A DNA stretch of 64,000 nucleotides from Myxococcota bacterium. GTDB lineage: Bacteria; Myxococcota_A; Polyangia; Nannocystales; Nannocystaceae. The notes under the pieces are model-generated. The model searched no databases. It had not been told where the DNA came from and saw only the letters and a list, made by a program, of their open reading frames with translations. A program made the translations under genes and the position numbers. This document shows positions 1 through 10,400 of this stretch, one piece after another (position 1 is the first letter of the stretch; each line of letters starts with the position of its first letter). The stretch covers positions 32,001 through 96,000 of the forward strand of contig JBCCHT010000015.1 of NCBI GenBank assembly GCA_039028615.1, in the 5' to 3' direction.

Positions 1-1845
1 GGACGCGACGCGAAGCCGCCCGAGAATGAGCTGGTCGAGCACTCGTCGACTCTCGTCCGCGGGGAGCCCCTCGTCGTCGAGGGACTGGCGGGTACGGAAG
101 AACTCGTCGGTGAAGGGCGAGCGAGCGCAACGGCTGGCGTGACCGGGGCCGGTCGTGAGCGTGACGGTGCGGCTACACTCCAGAACCTCGCTCTGGAAGC
201 GCGGCACGATGGCCCCGCTGTCGACGATCTGACGGGTGAACAGGTAGGCGCTGCCCATCAAGATGCCCACCCGAACACCACGGGCCAGCAACGGGGCGGC
301 GAGCACCTGGACCATGGCCGACGACCACGCATCGTGGATGCCGCCCGCGAACAGCACTTGGAACTCGGCGGCCGGCACCTGCGTGCGGGACAGCTGATCG
401 CATAGCGCGGTGACCATCGCGCTCCAGAGCACGAAACTGCTGAGGGGCCCGACATGCCCGCCGCACTCCCGGCCCTCGAAAATGAAACGTCGCGCCCCGC
501 CTCGAACGAAGGGCTCGACGAGCGGTGCGGCGGGCACGTGCAAGAAGCTGGGGATCCCCGCCGCCTCGAGCTCGACCGCCTGGTCTGGTCGTCCGCCCGC
601 GATGATGGCGTAGTCGGGGTCGGCTCTCAGGGCGCAGGCGAGCTGCTCGTCGAGCAGCTCCTTGGGCGCGAATCCCAGGAGGCCGACGCCCCACGGTCGG
701 TCGCCGAGGGCTGCGGCCGTCTCGGACAGCAGCGTCTCGAGGGCCTCGCCCCGCACGAGCGCGAGCGCGACCATCGGGAGTGCTCCGGCCCGTGACACGG
801 CATCGGCAAACTCGGCCCGGTCGGAGACCCGCGTCATGGGGCCCTGGACGATGGGCAGGCGCGTGCCCAGAGCCTGGGCCAGAGGAGCATCGGTCGCGAT
901 CGCCCGCGCGTCGGCGGCGATGCGCGGGTGCTCGAGGACCGCCTTTTCGATCGCCTGCAACGCACCCGACAGCGAGCGAAAGCGTCGACGCCACGACTCT
1001 GCGAAGCCGATGTCTTGGCCGACGGGCAGCAGGCCCGCGGAAGGATCGTCCCAGTCGACGGCTCCGACGGCGGCCGCTCGGAGCTCATGGTCGCGGTGCC
1101 ACTGCGCGTCGGTGGCAAACGCCCGCGCTGCCGTCAGGCCCGGACGCACGAGGATGCGGAAGTACTCGCCGTGCTGTGCATTGCCCACCGCCACCGTCTC
1201 GCTGCCCGAGAGGGTCTCGAGCTGTCGTGTAACGGCGGCTGCGAGCGGGATGTCGCGCAGCAGCAGGAGCTGGCTGTCGAGCACACCGCCGGCGACACCC
1301 ACCGCGGCACAGGAAGCCGCAACCTCGGGAGTGACACCACCGTGCACGTAGAGCGGAAGAGGAGCGTCGGGATCGCGCTGGGCCAGCCATTGCTGCACCA
1401 ACACGAACGTGCTCGATTCGCCCACGAAGCCTCCGGCCTCATGCCCCTTGAGCACCACACCATCGACGAACTCGACGGGCAGCGGTTCGTCCCCCGGAGC
1501 CCGCGTGGTGCGGGCGAGCACCGCTACGCCCCGACTCCGCAGCATGGCCAGGCGATCGGCCTCGCCCGAGACGACGTGAGCATCGGCGACGACCCAGCCG
1601 AGCTGACCCTCTGCGTGCTCGATCAAGGCCTCGAACAAGAGGTCATCGAGCCTGTCGATCGAGATGCCGAACGGACTACGGACATGGGCCGCGACGGTGG
1701 CCAGCTCGGCCACGATGGGCGACGAATCAGGCTCTAGCTCAGCGTTCACGACCCCGACACCCCCGGCACGACACGTCGCAATGACGCTCGAGGCAATACG
1801 GAGCCCCGCGGGCAATTGAGTCAATACGAGAAACGTGGGGTTCAT
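1..1845 (-). CDS. Iterative type I polyketide synthase, N-terminal FabK/nitronate-monooxygenase-like (enoyl reductase-like) region; partial, runs off the window start
   Basis: Not in the ORF track because it has no stop inside the window. Manual translation from ATG 1845: MNPTFLVL...CRAGGVGVV...LKGHEAGGFVGE...PIVQGPMTRVSD...FIFEGRECGGHVGP...VLFAGGIHD...GILMGSAYLFT...LGRLRVAS, a tandem FMN TIM-barrel signature typical of the N-terminus of these PKSs. KS/AT domains would lie outside the window. Confidence 0.8.
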   Translation of the reverse strand, partial: MNPTFLVLTQLPAGLRIASSVIATCRAGGVGVVNAELEPDSSPIVAELATVAAHVRSPFGISIDRLDDLLFEALIEHAEGQLGWVVADAHVVSGEADRLAMLRSRGVAVLARTTRAPGDEPLPVEFVDGVVLKGHEAGGFVGESSTFVLVQQWLAQRDPDAPLPLYVHGGVTPEVAASCAAVGVAGGVLDSQLLLLRDIPLAAAVTRQLETLSGSETVAVGNAQHGEYFRILVRPGLTAARAFATDAQWHRDHELRAAAVGAVDWDDPSAGLLPVGQDIGFAESWRRRFRSLSGALQAIEKAVLEHPRIAADARAIATDAPLAQALGTRLPIVQGPMTRVSDRAEFADAVSRAGALPMVALALVRGEALETLLSETAAALGDRPWGVGLLGFAPKELLDEQLACALRADPDYAIIAGGRPDQAVELEAAGIPSFLHVPAAPLVEPFVRGGARRFIFEGRECGGHVGPLSSFVLWSAMVTALCDQLSRTQVPAAEFQVLFAGGIHDAWSSAMVQVLAAPLLARGVRVGILMGSAYLFTRQIVDSGAIVPRFQSEVLECSRTVTLTTGPGHASRCARSPFTDEFFRTRQSLDDEGLPADESRRVLDQLILGRLRVAS

Positions 1846-1904
1846 GGGGGAAGCTAGCTTTGAGAGCAAAGGATGTCACCGATCCAGCAATCAGCAAGTG
1901 CTGC

Positions 1905-1975
1905 AATCACCACAATCGATTAAATAAAAATTGTTAAATTCTCATCGTCTGCGTGACAAAGTAAACCAAAGATCT
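1905..1975 (-). promoter_or_regulatory. AT-rich intergenic tract, probable promoter region of the PKS
   Basis: aatcgattaaataaaaattgttaaattctc is a strong A/T island in GC-rich DNA, about 70-110 bp upstream of the PKS start. Confidence 0.4.
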
Positions 1976-2135
1976 CGCGCCGTGAAACTAGGTCATAGGG
2001 TCGGTGTCGCTATAATTCGGCCCTTTACCGTCGAGTTTCACGCTCTGCGGATCTATATCGATGTCATCGAGTTCTACAATGCTACATCGTTGGTCTCGGT
2101 GTCGTCACAATAGGCCGATATCCAGATCGCGAGCG

Positions 2136-3677
2136 TCAGGGGGTCGACAACGGGTGATGGGCAGAGCGCGCTGTCTTCGGTCCAGGGGGCATGCGGCGCC
2201 CCTCGAGCGAGCGCAACGCGATCGTCCTGCCGATCTCCGCCGCGTCGTGGCTCCGAGCGAACGACAGCCACCCTACGTCCTCCACGGGGATGCGGAGCAC
2301 GAGCTCGCACGCGCGGCTTCGCTCGCAGACGAGCTCCCGCTCACGGACCGCAGCCGCTCGTGCAGCCACGGCGACCCCGTTGGGGTAGTGCTCGGGGTTG
2401 GCGGTGGGGCGTTCGACCCAGCAACCGATCACGGGCGCATCGTCGGCAATGGAGGACGCTGCGGCCACTGGGAGCTCGCCCGCCAGTGAGCCATCGACCA
2501 GTAGCGCGTCGCCGATGGGCTGTGGGGGGAAGAGGCCGGGTGTTGCACATGCTGCCCGCAAGCCATCGTGCAGTGAGCCGTGGGAGATATAGGTCGTCCG
2601 CCCGGCCCGTAGATCGGTCACACAGAAGGCCAGCTTCACGCGCATTCCTTCTATTGGTTGATCGTGCGGAGCAAAATGTTCGACCAGCGCGTGCAGCATG
2701 TCGTCGTCGGCCACGGCCACGGCATCGTGGTGGCAAAATCCGAGGCGAGCCCCCGCGCGACGACGCCCCTGCGAGCGGTCGCGGGCCCGCAGCTGCCCGT
2801 AGGCGTGACGGATCCGAGCGTGGACCGACGACTCGCTGAACGAGGCAAAGCGTTCGAGCATCGCGTCGCGATCCAGCCCTGCGGCGTGCATGGCGGCCAC
2901 CAGGGCCCCTGCACTCGTTGCGCCGATACCCGAGACTTCGATACCCAGGGTGCCCAGGGCGTCGAGCACTCCAATGTGGGCCGCGGCTCTGGCTGCACCG
3001 CCACACATGGCCAGCACCACCGGTTCATCGATGACCCTCGGGGATGTGCACTGCGTGGACGAACCGTCGTCACCCACGGGGTCCGACCGACGCGCCGCGT
3101 CGAGCATGGCCGCTGCGCTCGCGGGAGCGGACGCCAGCGAGACGTGGCGTACCTCGAAGTGGGTGCCTCGGTGAGACGAGGCTGCGAGCGCACGATGAAG
3201 GTCGACCGCCGTCGCAGCCGCGGTACGGGCCCCTGCGCCTCGCAACATCAGTACGTACTCCCGTCGCTGCGTACAGCCAAATGCATCGGATGTTCGCATG
3301 CGTGAGCGCAGGGCCTGGACCACGAGCTTCTCGTCCTCGAACCGCTCGAGTGCCGGCCGGAGCTCGTCCGCACGCACTGTGACGAGGATCAACCCCAGGA
3401 TGTGGTGACAGGTCGATCGAGTCCGCGACAGCTCGAATTCGAGGACCTCTAAAAACGCGCCACCTTCCGGCAAACCAGTGCGGACGTCGAGCGGCGAAGC
3501 GTGCGCCGGGTTCGTCGTGGTGTCCTCGCACAGCTCGGTGATGAGCGACGTTGCGAACCCGATGATGCCCGCGTCCGAGTATCCAGCAGAGCGTAGCGCC
3601 TGGTACACGGACGTACTCATCACTTTGGGAGCCTTCACCACGGAAGGGTGCCGTGCGAAGTCTTGAGCGTCGGTCAA
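2136..3677 (-). CDS. Patatin-like phospholipase fused to a degenerate GGDEF-like domain
   Basis: Patatin motifs CGGAARAAAHIGVL, GATSAGA (nucleophile Ser) and LVDGS; N-terminal LDVRTGLP...ELSR...RTSDAFGCTQRREY resembles a GGDEF fold lacking the GGDEF motif. Confidence 0.8.
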   Translation of the reverse strand: MTDAQDFARHPSVVKAPKVMSTSVYQALRSAGYSDAGIIGFATSLITELCEDTTTNPAHASPLDVRTGLPEGGAFLEVLEFELSRTRSTCHHILGLILVTVRADELRPALERFEDEKLVVQALRSRMRTSDAFGCTQRREYVLMLRGAGARTAAATAVDLHRALAASSHRGTHFEVRHVSLASAPASAAAMLDAARRSDPVGDDGSSTQCTSPRVIDEPVVLAMCGGAARAAAHIGVLDALGTLGIEVSGIGATSAGALVAAMHAAGLDRDAMLERFASFSESSVHARIRHAYGQLRARDRSQGRRRAGARLGFCHHDAVAVADDDMLHALVEHFAPHDQPIEGMRVKLAFCVTDLRAGRTTYISHGSLHDGLRAACATPGLFPPQPIGDALLVDGSLAGELPVAAASSIADDAPVIGCWVERPTANPEHYPNGVAVAARAAAVRERELVCERSRACELVLRIPVEDVGWLSFARSHDAAEIGRTIALRSLEGRRMPPGPKTARSAHHPLSTP

Positions 3678-4383
3678 GGTGGGGTCCTTTCAGATCAAGA
3701 CAGGTATCCAACACCGATAGAGGCGTAACGTTGCCCCCGGGTTCATTGTTCGTTCGTACTCGATCCTTCAGCGCCCAACGTCGAAAATTCGTCGGGGTCG
3801 ACGACTGACAGTCGCGCAAAGGGGGGCCAGCAGCACACGCGGAAGCGGTGACCGAGTTTCCTCGGGAGGGTCGACGGTGGGGCGAGCCGCGACGCCGTGC
3901 AGCGATCGTCTGCAGAGCAGCGTCGGACCGTAGGCCCTTTCCCCGAACGCCGCAGATTGAACACTCGCTGGCGATTTTTTTCAGGGGCGATGGGGCGGTC
4001 TGCGGATTGAGTTTCGGACAGTGGGCCGATTCTGAAAGTCATGGCAGGGGTCGCAGCGGGCGACCCCGGTCCGAAACGGTTCCGTACGGCACGAGGAAGC
4101 TCGAACCATCCCGGACCAAAGGCGGCCAACATCGAGTCACCCCGGGCGCTTCGTCTGTGCTCGAAGACGCTACGGTGCCGAATGCTCCTTTGCTGGTGGC
4201 TCTTTCACCGCGGCCAATGGAGCGCCCAGCGGGCCAATGCGGTGGATGACAGGGTCTCTATCTCTCTAGGCGGACGGTGCGCGTCGCGGTCGAGCATCGC
4301 TCCGCTCGTCAGAGGAGGTCGTGTTCCTCGGGCGACGCGGAGCCGATGAAGCGCTCCGCTGAGGCGTCGACGGAGCTACAACT

Positions 4384-5136
4384 TCACTTCGGAAGCTTCT
4401 TGCCCTTGGGCGCCTCGGTCAGCGCCTTGAGCTCAGCCTTGGCCGTCTTCACCTCTGCCTTGGTCTCCTCGATCTTCCGGCGAGCCTCCTTGACGCGCTT
4501 TCGCTGGTTTCGAAGGTTCTCCTTCGCTCCGGCCGCCGCCCGTTCGTCCTTGGCTCCGACGAGCATGGTCGTCGCATCGTCGACGGCCTTCCGAGCGAGC
4601 TCGAGTTCCTCTTTCCACCCGTGGAGCCTGGACTGGGCGAGGTGCACTTTGTACTCCGCGGCCTCGACCACCCTGGGATTGGGAGCCGAGTGCTCTTCGG
4701 GCGGTAGGAACCTGCGTAGCCATTCAGGCTTCACCCCTTCCGGTCGCGTTCGAGGAGGGTTCGTCTTGGGCTCGTTGCCAGTCAGCGACTTGTACTGCGT
4801 GCGCAGCCGACCGAGGATGATGAGCGTCAGAGCGCGCCAATCGGAGACCTGGACGATCTGCTCCCCTACGTAGTAGGAGACGCTCTTGTAGTACTTGCCT
4901 TCCTTGACCATGCAGCCGAAGTGCTTGCCGTTGGCCGTATCCTCCAGGAGTCGACCGAGGTAGTTGAGGTAGTTCTCATACTTGGCGAGGTTGGCCTCGT
5001 GTTTCTCGATCTTCTGGAGGATCTGCTCGGCGGTGTCTTCCGCTCGCGCCGTCGCGGGCACGAGGGAGAGCACCGAAGCGGAGGCGAGTCCGGCCAGGAG
5101 CGAGCGTCGGCTGGAGAGGAAGCGGGGGCGGTCCAT
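4384..5136 (-). CDS. Putative Tat-exported coiled-coil protein
   Basis: MDRPRFLSSRRSLLAGLASASVLSLVPATARA has a twin-Arg motif and AxA cleavage site; Lys/Glu-rich helical C-terminus. Confidence 0.6.
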   Translation of the reverse strand: MDRPRFLSSRRSLLAGLASASVLSLVPATARAEDTAEQILQKIEKHEANLAKYENYLNYLGRLLEDTANGKHFGCMVKEGKYYKSVSYYVGEQIVQVSDWRALTLIILGRLRTQYKSLTGNEPKTNPPRTRPEGVKPEWLRRFLPPEEHSAPNPRVVEAAEYKVHLAQSRLHGWKEELELARKAVDDATTMLVGAKDERAAAGAKENLRNQRKRVKEARRKIEETKAEVKTAKAELKALTEAPKGKKLPK

Positions 5137-5322
5137 CTCACCCGATGGTAGCGCCCCTGAACCCAGGCCGTCGTCGACCTCGGGGTCTCGATGGCTCGCG
5201 CCGCATGACCCAATGCGAAACACTGTCTTTTCGCAGTCGAGGTTTCCCGTCCGCAGTTGGTCGAAGATTTACACTAGGTCCAAAGCGTTCCAACGAGAAC
5301 GCACAGCAGGAGAGGACGACCG

Positions 5323-6196
5323 ATGCCCCACGACACCAGTTTTTGGCGGGAGCTCATCCGGGACTTGCCCCCAAGGTCTACATCACCGATCACAACGAGT
5401 ACGAGGAAGAATTCGAACCGGCCTCGGTCCATTGGTTCCTGGAACGCGCCTACCTGAAGAGCTACGAAGACGAGAGCTTCTCCATCTTCAACCCCGGCGA
5501 GTCGGACCTCACCCGGTACAACACGGAGCACTACTTCCTGAAGTATGAGGAGCGGAACGTGATGGGGGGCGAGCTGAGCTCGGCCGAGACCTACGCTCAC
5601 GTTCGCCGCGCCAACCCGACCCCTGGCGTGGGCGCGGACTGGATCGACATTCAATACTGGGTCTTCTACGTCTTCAAGGGGGGCAGTGGCGGGGCCGGCA
5701 AGTGACCTCGGATGAGCCCAGCTGGGGCGGTCGCGGGTGGGGGGATGATCGCGAGGGCACGGGCATTGCGTTCGGCATGTTGGATGGCCGGGAGATGCTG
5801 GGCGTTTGTCGCAGTGCCCACGGGAGCAAGAAAGACGTGAGTAGCCGCTTCTTCCTCTACGACGTGGCCGGCGGCGCGTTCGAGCAGGTCGTCGACAGCC
5901 AGGGCGAGTGGAACAGCACCCCCAAATGGGACGGCAACGTGGATGCCACCGACATTGCCTTCGGCCTCATCGACAACCGCCAGGTGGTGAGGCTCACCTG
6001 CAAGTGCAACGACACCGACCATGGCCGCTTCTGGGTCTATGAGTTGATCGACGACGAGCCTGTTCTGTTCGGCTACGGCGGCTCCGACTTCGACCGAGAA
6101 TTCGACGCCACGGCCATCGCCTTCGGAGAACTGGGTGGTGAGCAGGTCCTCGCCATCGTGCTGAATGGATTCGGGTGGGATCTAAGCAAGATCTAG
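5323..6196 (+). pseudogene. Degraded Vps62-like (DUF946-like) domain gene with IAFG beta-propeller-like repeats
   Basis: RBS ggagagg and ATG 5323 give MPHDTSFWRELIRD; after a 1-nt shift at ~5365 it continues APKVY...PASVHWFL...DIQYWVFY, stops at 5705, and a third frame carries three W/F-x6-IAFG repeats. Confidence 0.55.
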
Positions 6197-7012
6197 GATC
6201 CTACGGAACCTCGTTGACCGCGCTTTGATCTCGCGCTACCTCGTTCCAGTGGCCCCTTCACGTATTCGAGCGCTAGTACTGCTCCCGTTCCTTTCGACGG
6301 GTGTGCGAACGCGGCACTCCTCGAGGTTAAATTACTGAAACGAGCCAAGTATGATCTCGAGTGCTCGGAACTCGAGGTTCGAAACTTGGGGGAGCAGCCT
6401 ACGGAGTGAAAGGATGCGGAGAACGGGCCACCTATGTGCTCGTTCCGCAAGCACAAAGTGGGTGCATGTTGGGCGCCTCCGCATCGTATGTCGACAGGAA
6501 TTGCACACCGGTTCTCGAGTCCCGCCAAGAGTCGCCTGCGTCGAAATGACCGACGATTCCACCACAGCCCCCGTTCGACGTGTTCTCACGGCGTTGGAGC
6601 GCGGGGTATGCCGTCTCGAACGCTCAGGTTTCGCCGGTCGTGGTCACGCTGGCGGGTACCTCGAAGCGACGTTGACATTGTTGCGGTCGATGACCGCGCC
6701 GCCGTCCGAATTGTGTCCAACTGTTGGGTGCTGGCCTGCGAGTGATTGTCCGTGAAGTTGGCTCGATCATCCGGGGGCGAGTGAGTTCGGGTCAGGGTGG
6801 GCGTGTCGACGGCGGTGCCACGACGCTGGCCACCCGACTCCCCGACTTCAACCGCAACACGACGTTTCAGGGACCCGACTAAAGTCGAGAGTGAACGCAG
6901 TTCGCTCTCGGCTCGAACTTGATGCCATCGCGTGAAATCCGTGTCATACAGCTACCCACCTAAGTGAAGCGACTGCTCGAGCCCCCGCGGTAGCCCATCT
7001 AGATCGAGATTT

Positions 7013-7459
7013 ATGCCAAACGCTGTTCCGCCTTTCGAGCCGTCTGGGGAATTCTGCCCCGGTGCGTCCGGTGCCAACGACGGCAGTACGGCGTTCCAAA
7101 TCTCGTCCGCGCAGCTTGTGGCCATGCGCCAGATCCAGGCCGAGGATCGGGCCCTGCAGCGAGTCGAGCGGTTGGCCCAGGAACTGCGGGAACGAAAGTT
7201 GGCGCGCTCGAGCAGCCTGCACCGCGCACGCTGGCGCGAGCTGTTGGCGGCCGCGATCGAGACCGCGCATCGTTACGACCTGGGGCACGAGGCGTTGTGT
7301 CGCTATGCAGCGCTCGTGATTCGCTTCGACGAGGATCTCGGTCGTGGCCCCGCCGCGGTGTGGTCGGGCCCGATCTTCGAAGACCCGTGGCTCTCGGACG
7401 CCGAGAAGCTCGAGCAGCTCGAGCAATGCGCGGCCGATTCGAAGCTCGCCTGTCCATAG
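7013..7459 (+). CDS. Small helical protein, paralog of 18760..19134; putative effector adaptor/chaperone
   Basis: Shares FxxxSAQL...ERL...LCR(Y/F)...LGR...W..I..D...K...L with 18760..19134. Confidence 0.65.
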   Translation: MPNAVPPFEPSGEFCPGASGANDGSTAFQISSAQLVAMRQIQAEDRALQRVERLAQELRERKLARSSSLHRARWRELLAAAIETAHRYDLGHEALCRYAALVIRFDEDLGRGPAAVWSGPIFEDPWLSDAEKLEQLEQCAADSKLACP

Positions 7460-7482
7460 TCCTGCCTGTTTGGAGCCCGTCC

Positions 7483-10400
7483 GTGTCGTCGTCGGTCAAC
7501 AAAGTCGAGGAGGCGACCGAGGTCGAGGCTGCGCCAGCGAAGTCCGCGGAGGCAACAGAACCTGCGGATGCGCCAGACCCCGTAGAGGCAGCCGAGCCTG
7601 CGGAGGCAACGGAGCCAGCAGAAGAGGCGAAGCCCGCGGTCGCTGCAACGCTGGCGACAGCGGCAGTGGCGGCGGGAACGGCAGCGGCGGTCGCAGTCGC
7701 AGTGAGGCCCGCGAAGGCAGCGAGACCGGTACGGGTCGCAGAGACCGGAAAGCCAGCGGAGGCAGCGAGCCCTGCGACGCCCACGGAGGCTTCCACGCAA
7801 GGGAAGCGAGCAGAGTCACCCAAGCCTGCTGAACCAGTAGGATCTTCGACGAGAGGGAAACCAGCAGAATCAGGGAAGGCCGCTGAATCAGTTGAACCCT
7901 CGAAACAGGGGAAGCGAGGGGAGTCCGCGAAGCCGGCTGAATCGGTAGAGTCTTCGACGCAAGGCAAGTCTGCGGACGCAGCGAAGTCCGTCGAGTCACC
8001 TGAGCCTGCGGCGCAGGAAAAGTCCGCGGAAGCTTCGACGCAAGCGAAGCAAGGAGACTCTACGAAGTCCACGAAGCCAGCGAAGCCCGCTGGATCGGTG
8101 GCGCAGGCGAAGTCGCTGGACTCGGCGACTGCCGCTGAGCGCGTGGAACAGACCAAGCCCACGGAACCCGCGGCGCAGGTGAAATCAGCGGGAGTAGCGG
8201 AGACGGCGGAACCGGCGGAGCAAGCGAAGCCAGCGGGTTCAGCGAAACCCGCTGAGCCAGCGAAGCAGGCGAAATCAGCGGGTTCAGACAAGCCTGCGAA
8301 GCAAGGGGACCCAAAGAGGTCCGCGGTCGCAGCAACTCGAGCGACCTCCACTCGAGCCGCGGCCCCAGCGGAGCAGCCGAAGTCGACGGCAGTCGCCAAC
8401 ACGCACAGGCCGACGAAACCACCCCCTCCACCCCCGAGACCTTCACCGTCGGCGAAACGCGCCAGGCCTGCGAAGCCGCCCCCACCAGCGAGGCCCGCAC
8501 GACCAATCATCGTGCCGCTACGCCCCGCGACCATCGACGAGGGGGAGCTGCTGTCCGTCACGCCGAGGCTGGGACGCGGATCGGGCGAGATCACCTGGTC
8601 GCTCGTCTACGGCCCCGACGGCATGAAGGTCGACTCGAGCACGGGAGAGGTCACGTGGGTCGCGACCGCATCCAAAGATCCGGTCGAAGCGAAGGTCCAG
8701 GCGGAAGGGCCCGGCGGTCAGAGCCGCACGGCATTCACGATCACCGTCGTCTGCCCCGTCGTGCTCCAGCCCATCGCCGATGTCACGCTTCACGAGGGCG
8801 AGCGGTTGTCCACGGTCATTACGCTGACGAAGGGCACGGGACCCATCGACTTCGAGGTCAGCGGCCATCCGCGAGGCACGTACATCGCGTTGCCCGAGCG
8901 CAGGATCACCTGGAAGGCGAGCACCGCTGCCTCTCCGATTACGTTCAAGGTCGTGGCCAAAGGCCCCACGGGGACAGCCGAGGAGAGCTTCCGAGTGACG
9001 GTCGTGCCTCGCGACGAGGTGACCAGCTGCGCCACCGAGCGACGGCCCCGGCCCAAGAAAGCCGAGCTGCAGTGCTGCGACTTCCAGCTGAAGCTGAACT
9101 GCGGCCACGTGGGGGAGCAGGAGAACATCAAGAGCAGCCCCCGCGGCTACACGATGAAGTTCCCGCCCACGGGAACGGCGGTACCCAACGAGAAACGGGC
9201 GAGCGCACGCTCTGCCGACGACCTGAAGAAATTCGTGGTGGGCGAGGAGACCCGCTACCCGGTCTATCAGGTGCTTGCGGGGCGGGCACGCGACAAGGCG
9301 GACACGGTCACGTGTACGGTCGAGCACGAGTCGGGCTGCGTGGACGGTGAGCCCTATTCGGTCTGTGTGCTTCGCAAGGGGCAATCGTCGTCGCTCGAGA
9401 CGCTGTCGTGGACGGAGCTTCGGTCCAAGCCCACCGAGGCCGAGGAGTATGGGCTGGTCGCGACGGCCGAGGCGGAGTTCTCCAACGCTCCTCTCCAGGG
9501 GGAGTGGCGGGCGCTGACGCGCTACAACCCGTTCCGATGGCGGTCGTTGCCGCGCAGCCAGTGGGACGTGGCGGTGGTGGACGAAGGAGGGTCCATCGTT
9601 CGCCGCGACGGCCAACCCCTGCGGGTGACGGTGGAGGCGTGCTCGAACATCACGTGGGTGATCGCGGTGACGTTCTCGCGCTCGTTCGGGGTGTGGCAGG
9701 GGGCCAAGGTGACGGGGTTGCCCGGGATCGATCCAGGAGGGTTTCAGGTCGAGTCGACGACGACGCCGGCCGACCCCGACAACCCGGATGATCTCGTGAC
9801 CCCGGCGGTGCCGGAACAGATCCGGTCCGACTGGGGCTGGGTGCTCACGGGCAAGGCCCAGGTCAGCTACGACCACTACACCCACCGCTTCGAGGCGCGG
9901 CTGCTCGAGAACCTCCAGAACTCGCTGGGGTTCCTCAGCGTTCTCGACTCGGCCTTCTCCTTCCTGAATACGGCGCTGTCCTTCGCCCCGTTCGTCAAGG
10001 GCCGGGTCCGCAAGCCCTCGCTGAGCCTCGACTTCACGGCCAGTCCCTACGAGCAGGGCGGGGTGGGGTTGGTGGGCTATCAGGGAACGCTGGGCCTGCA
10101 CGCGCAGCCCCTGTTCGGCGCTCAGTTCGAGCTCAACCTGCTCAACATGCTGCTGCTGGCTTTCCCTGCGACCGCGCCGTCGGTGGCCATCCTGCGTGCG
10201 CTCAAGTACGGGGTAGGGGTCAAGGGCATCGCCCGGGTCAAGGCCGACATCGGGGTCTATCTGATCGTCGGAGGCGAGATCGGGCTGGACTTGAGCTGGA
10301 CCTACCAGCAGCCCGATGGGTGGTCCGCGAGCGGGATGATCGATGCGTCCGTCGACTTCAAGATCGAAGGACGCATCGAGGCAGAACTCCACGTGCTGGT

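Noticed and set aside
139..1737. Plus-strand ORFs such as 928..1737 and 662..1351
   Set aside because: Antisense shadows of the minus-strand PKS frame, which carries the recognisable motifs
4047..4067. GGGGTCGC-N5-GCGACCCC hairpin as a terminator or riboswitch
   Set aside because: No U-tract and no recognisable aptamer consensus; plausible by chance at this GC content
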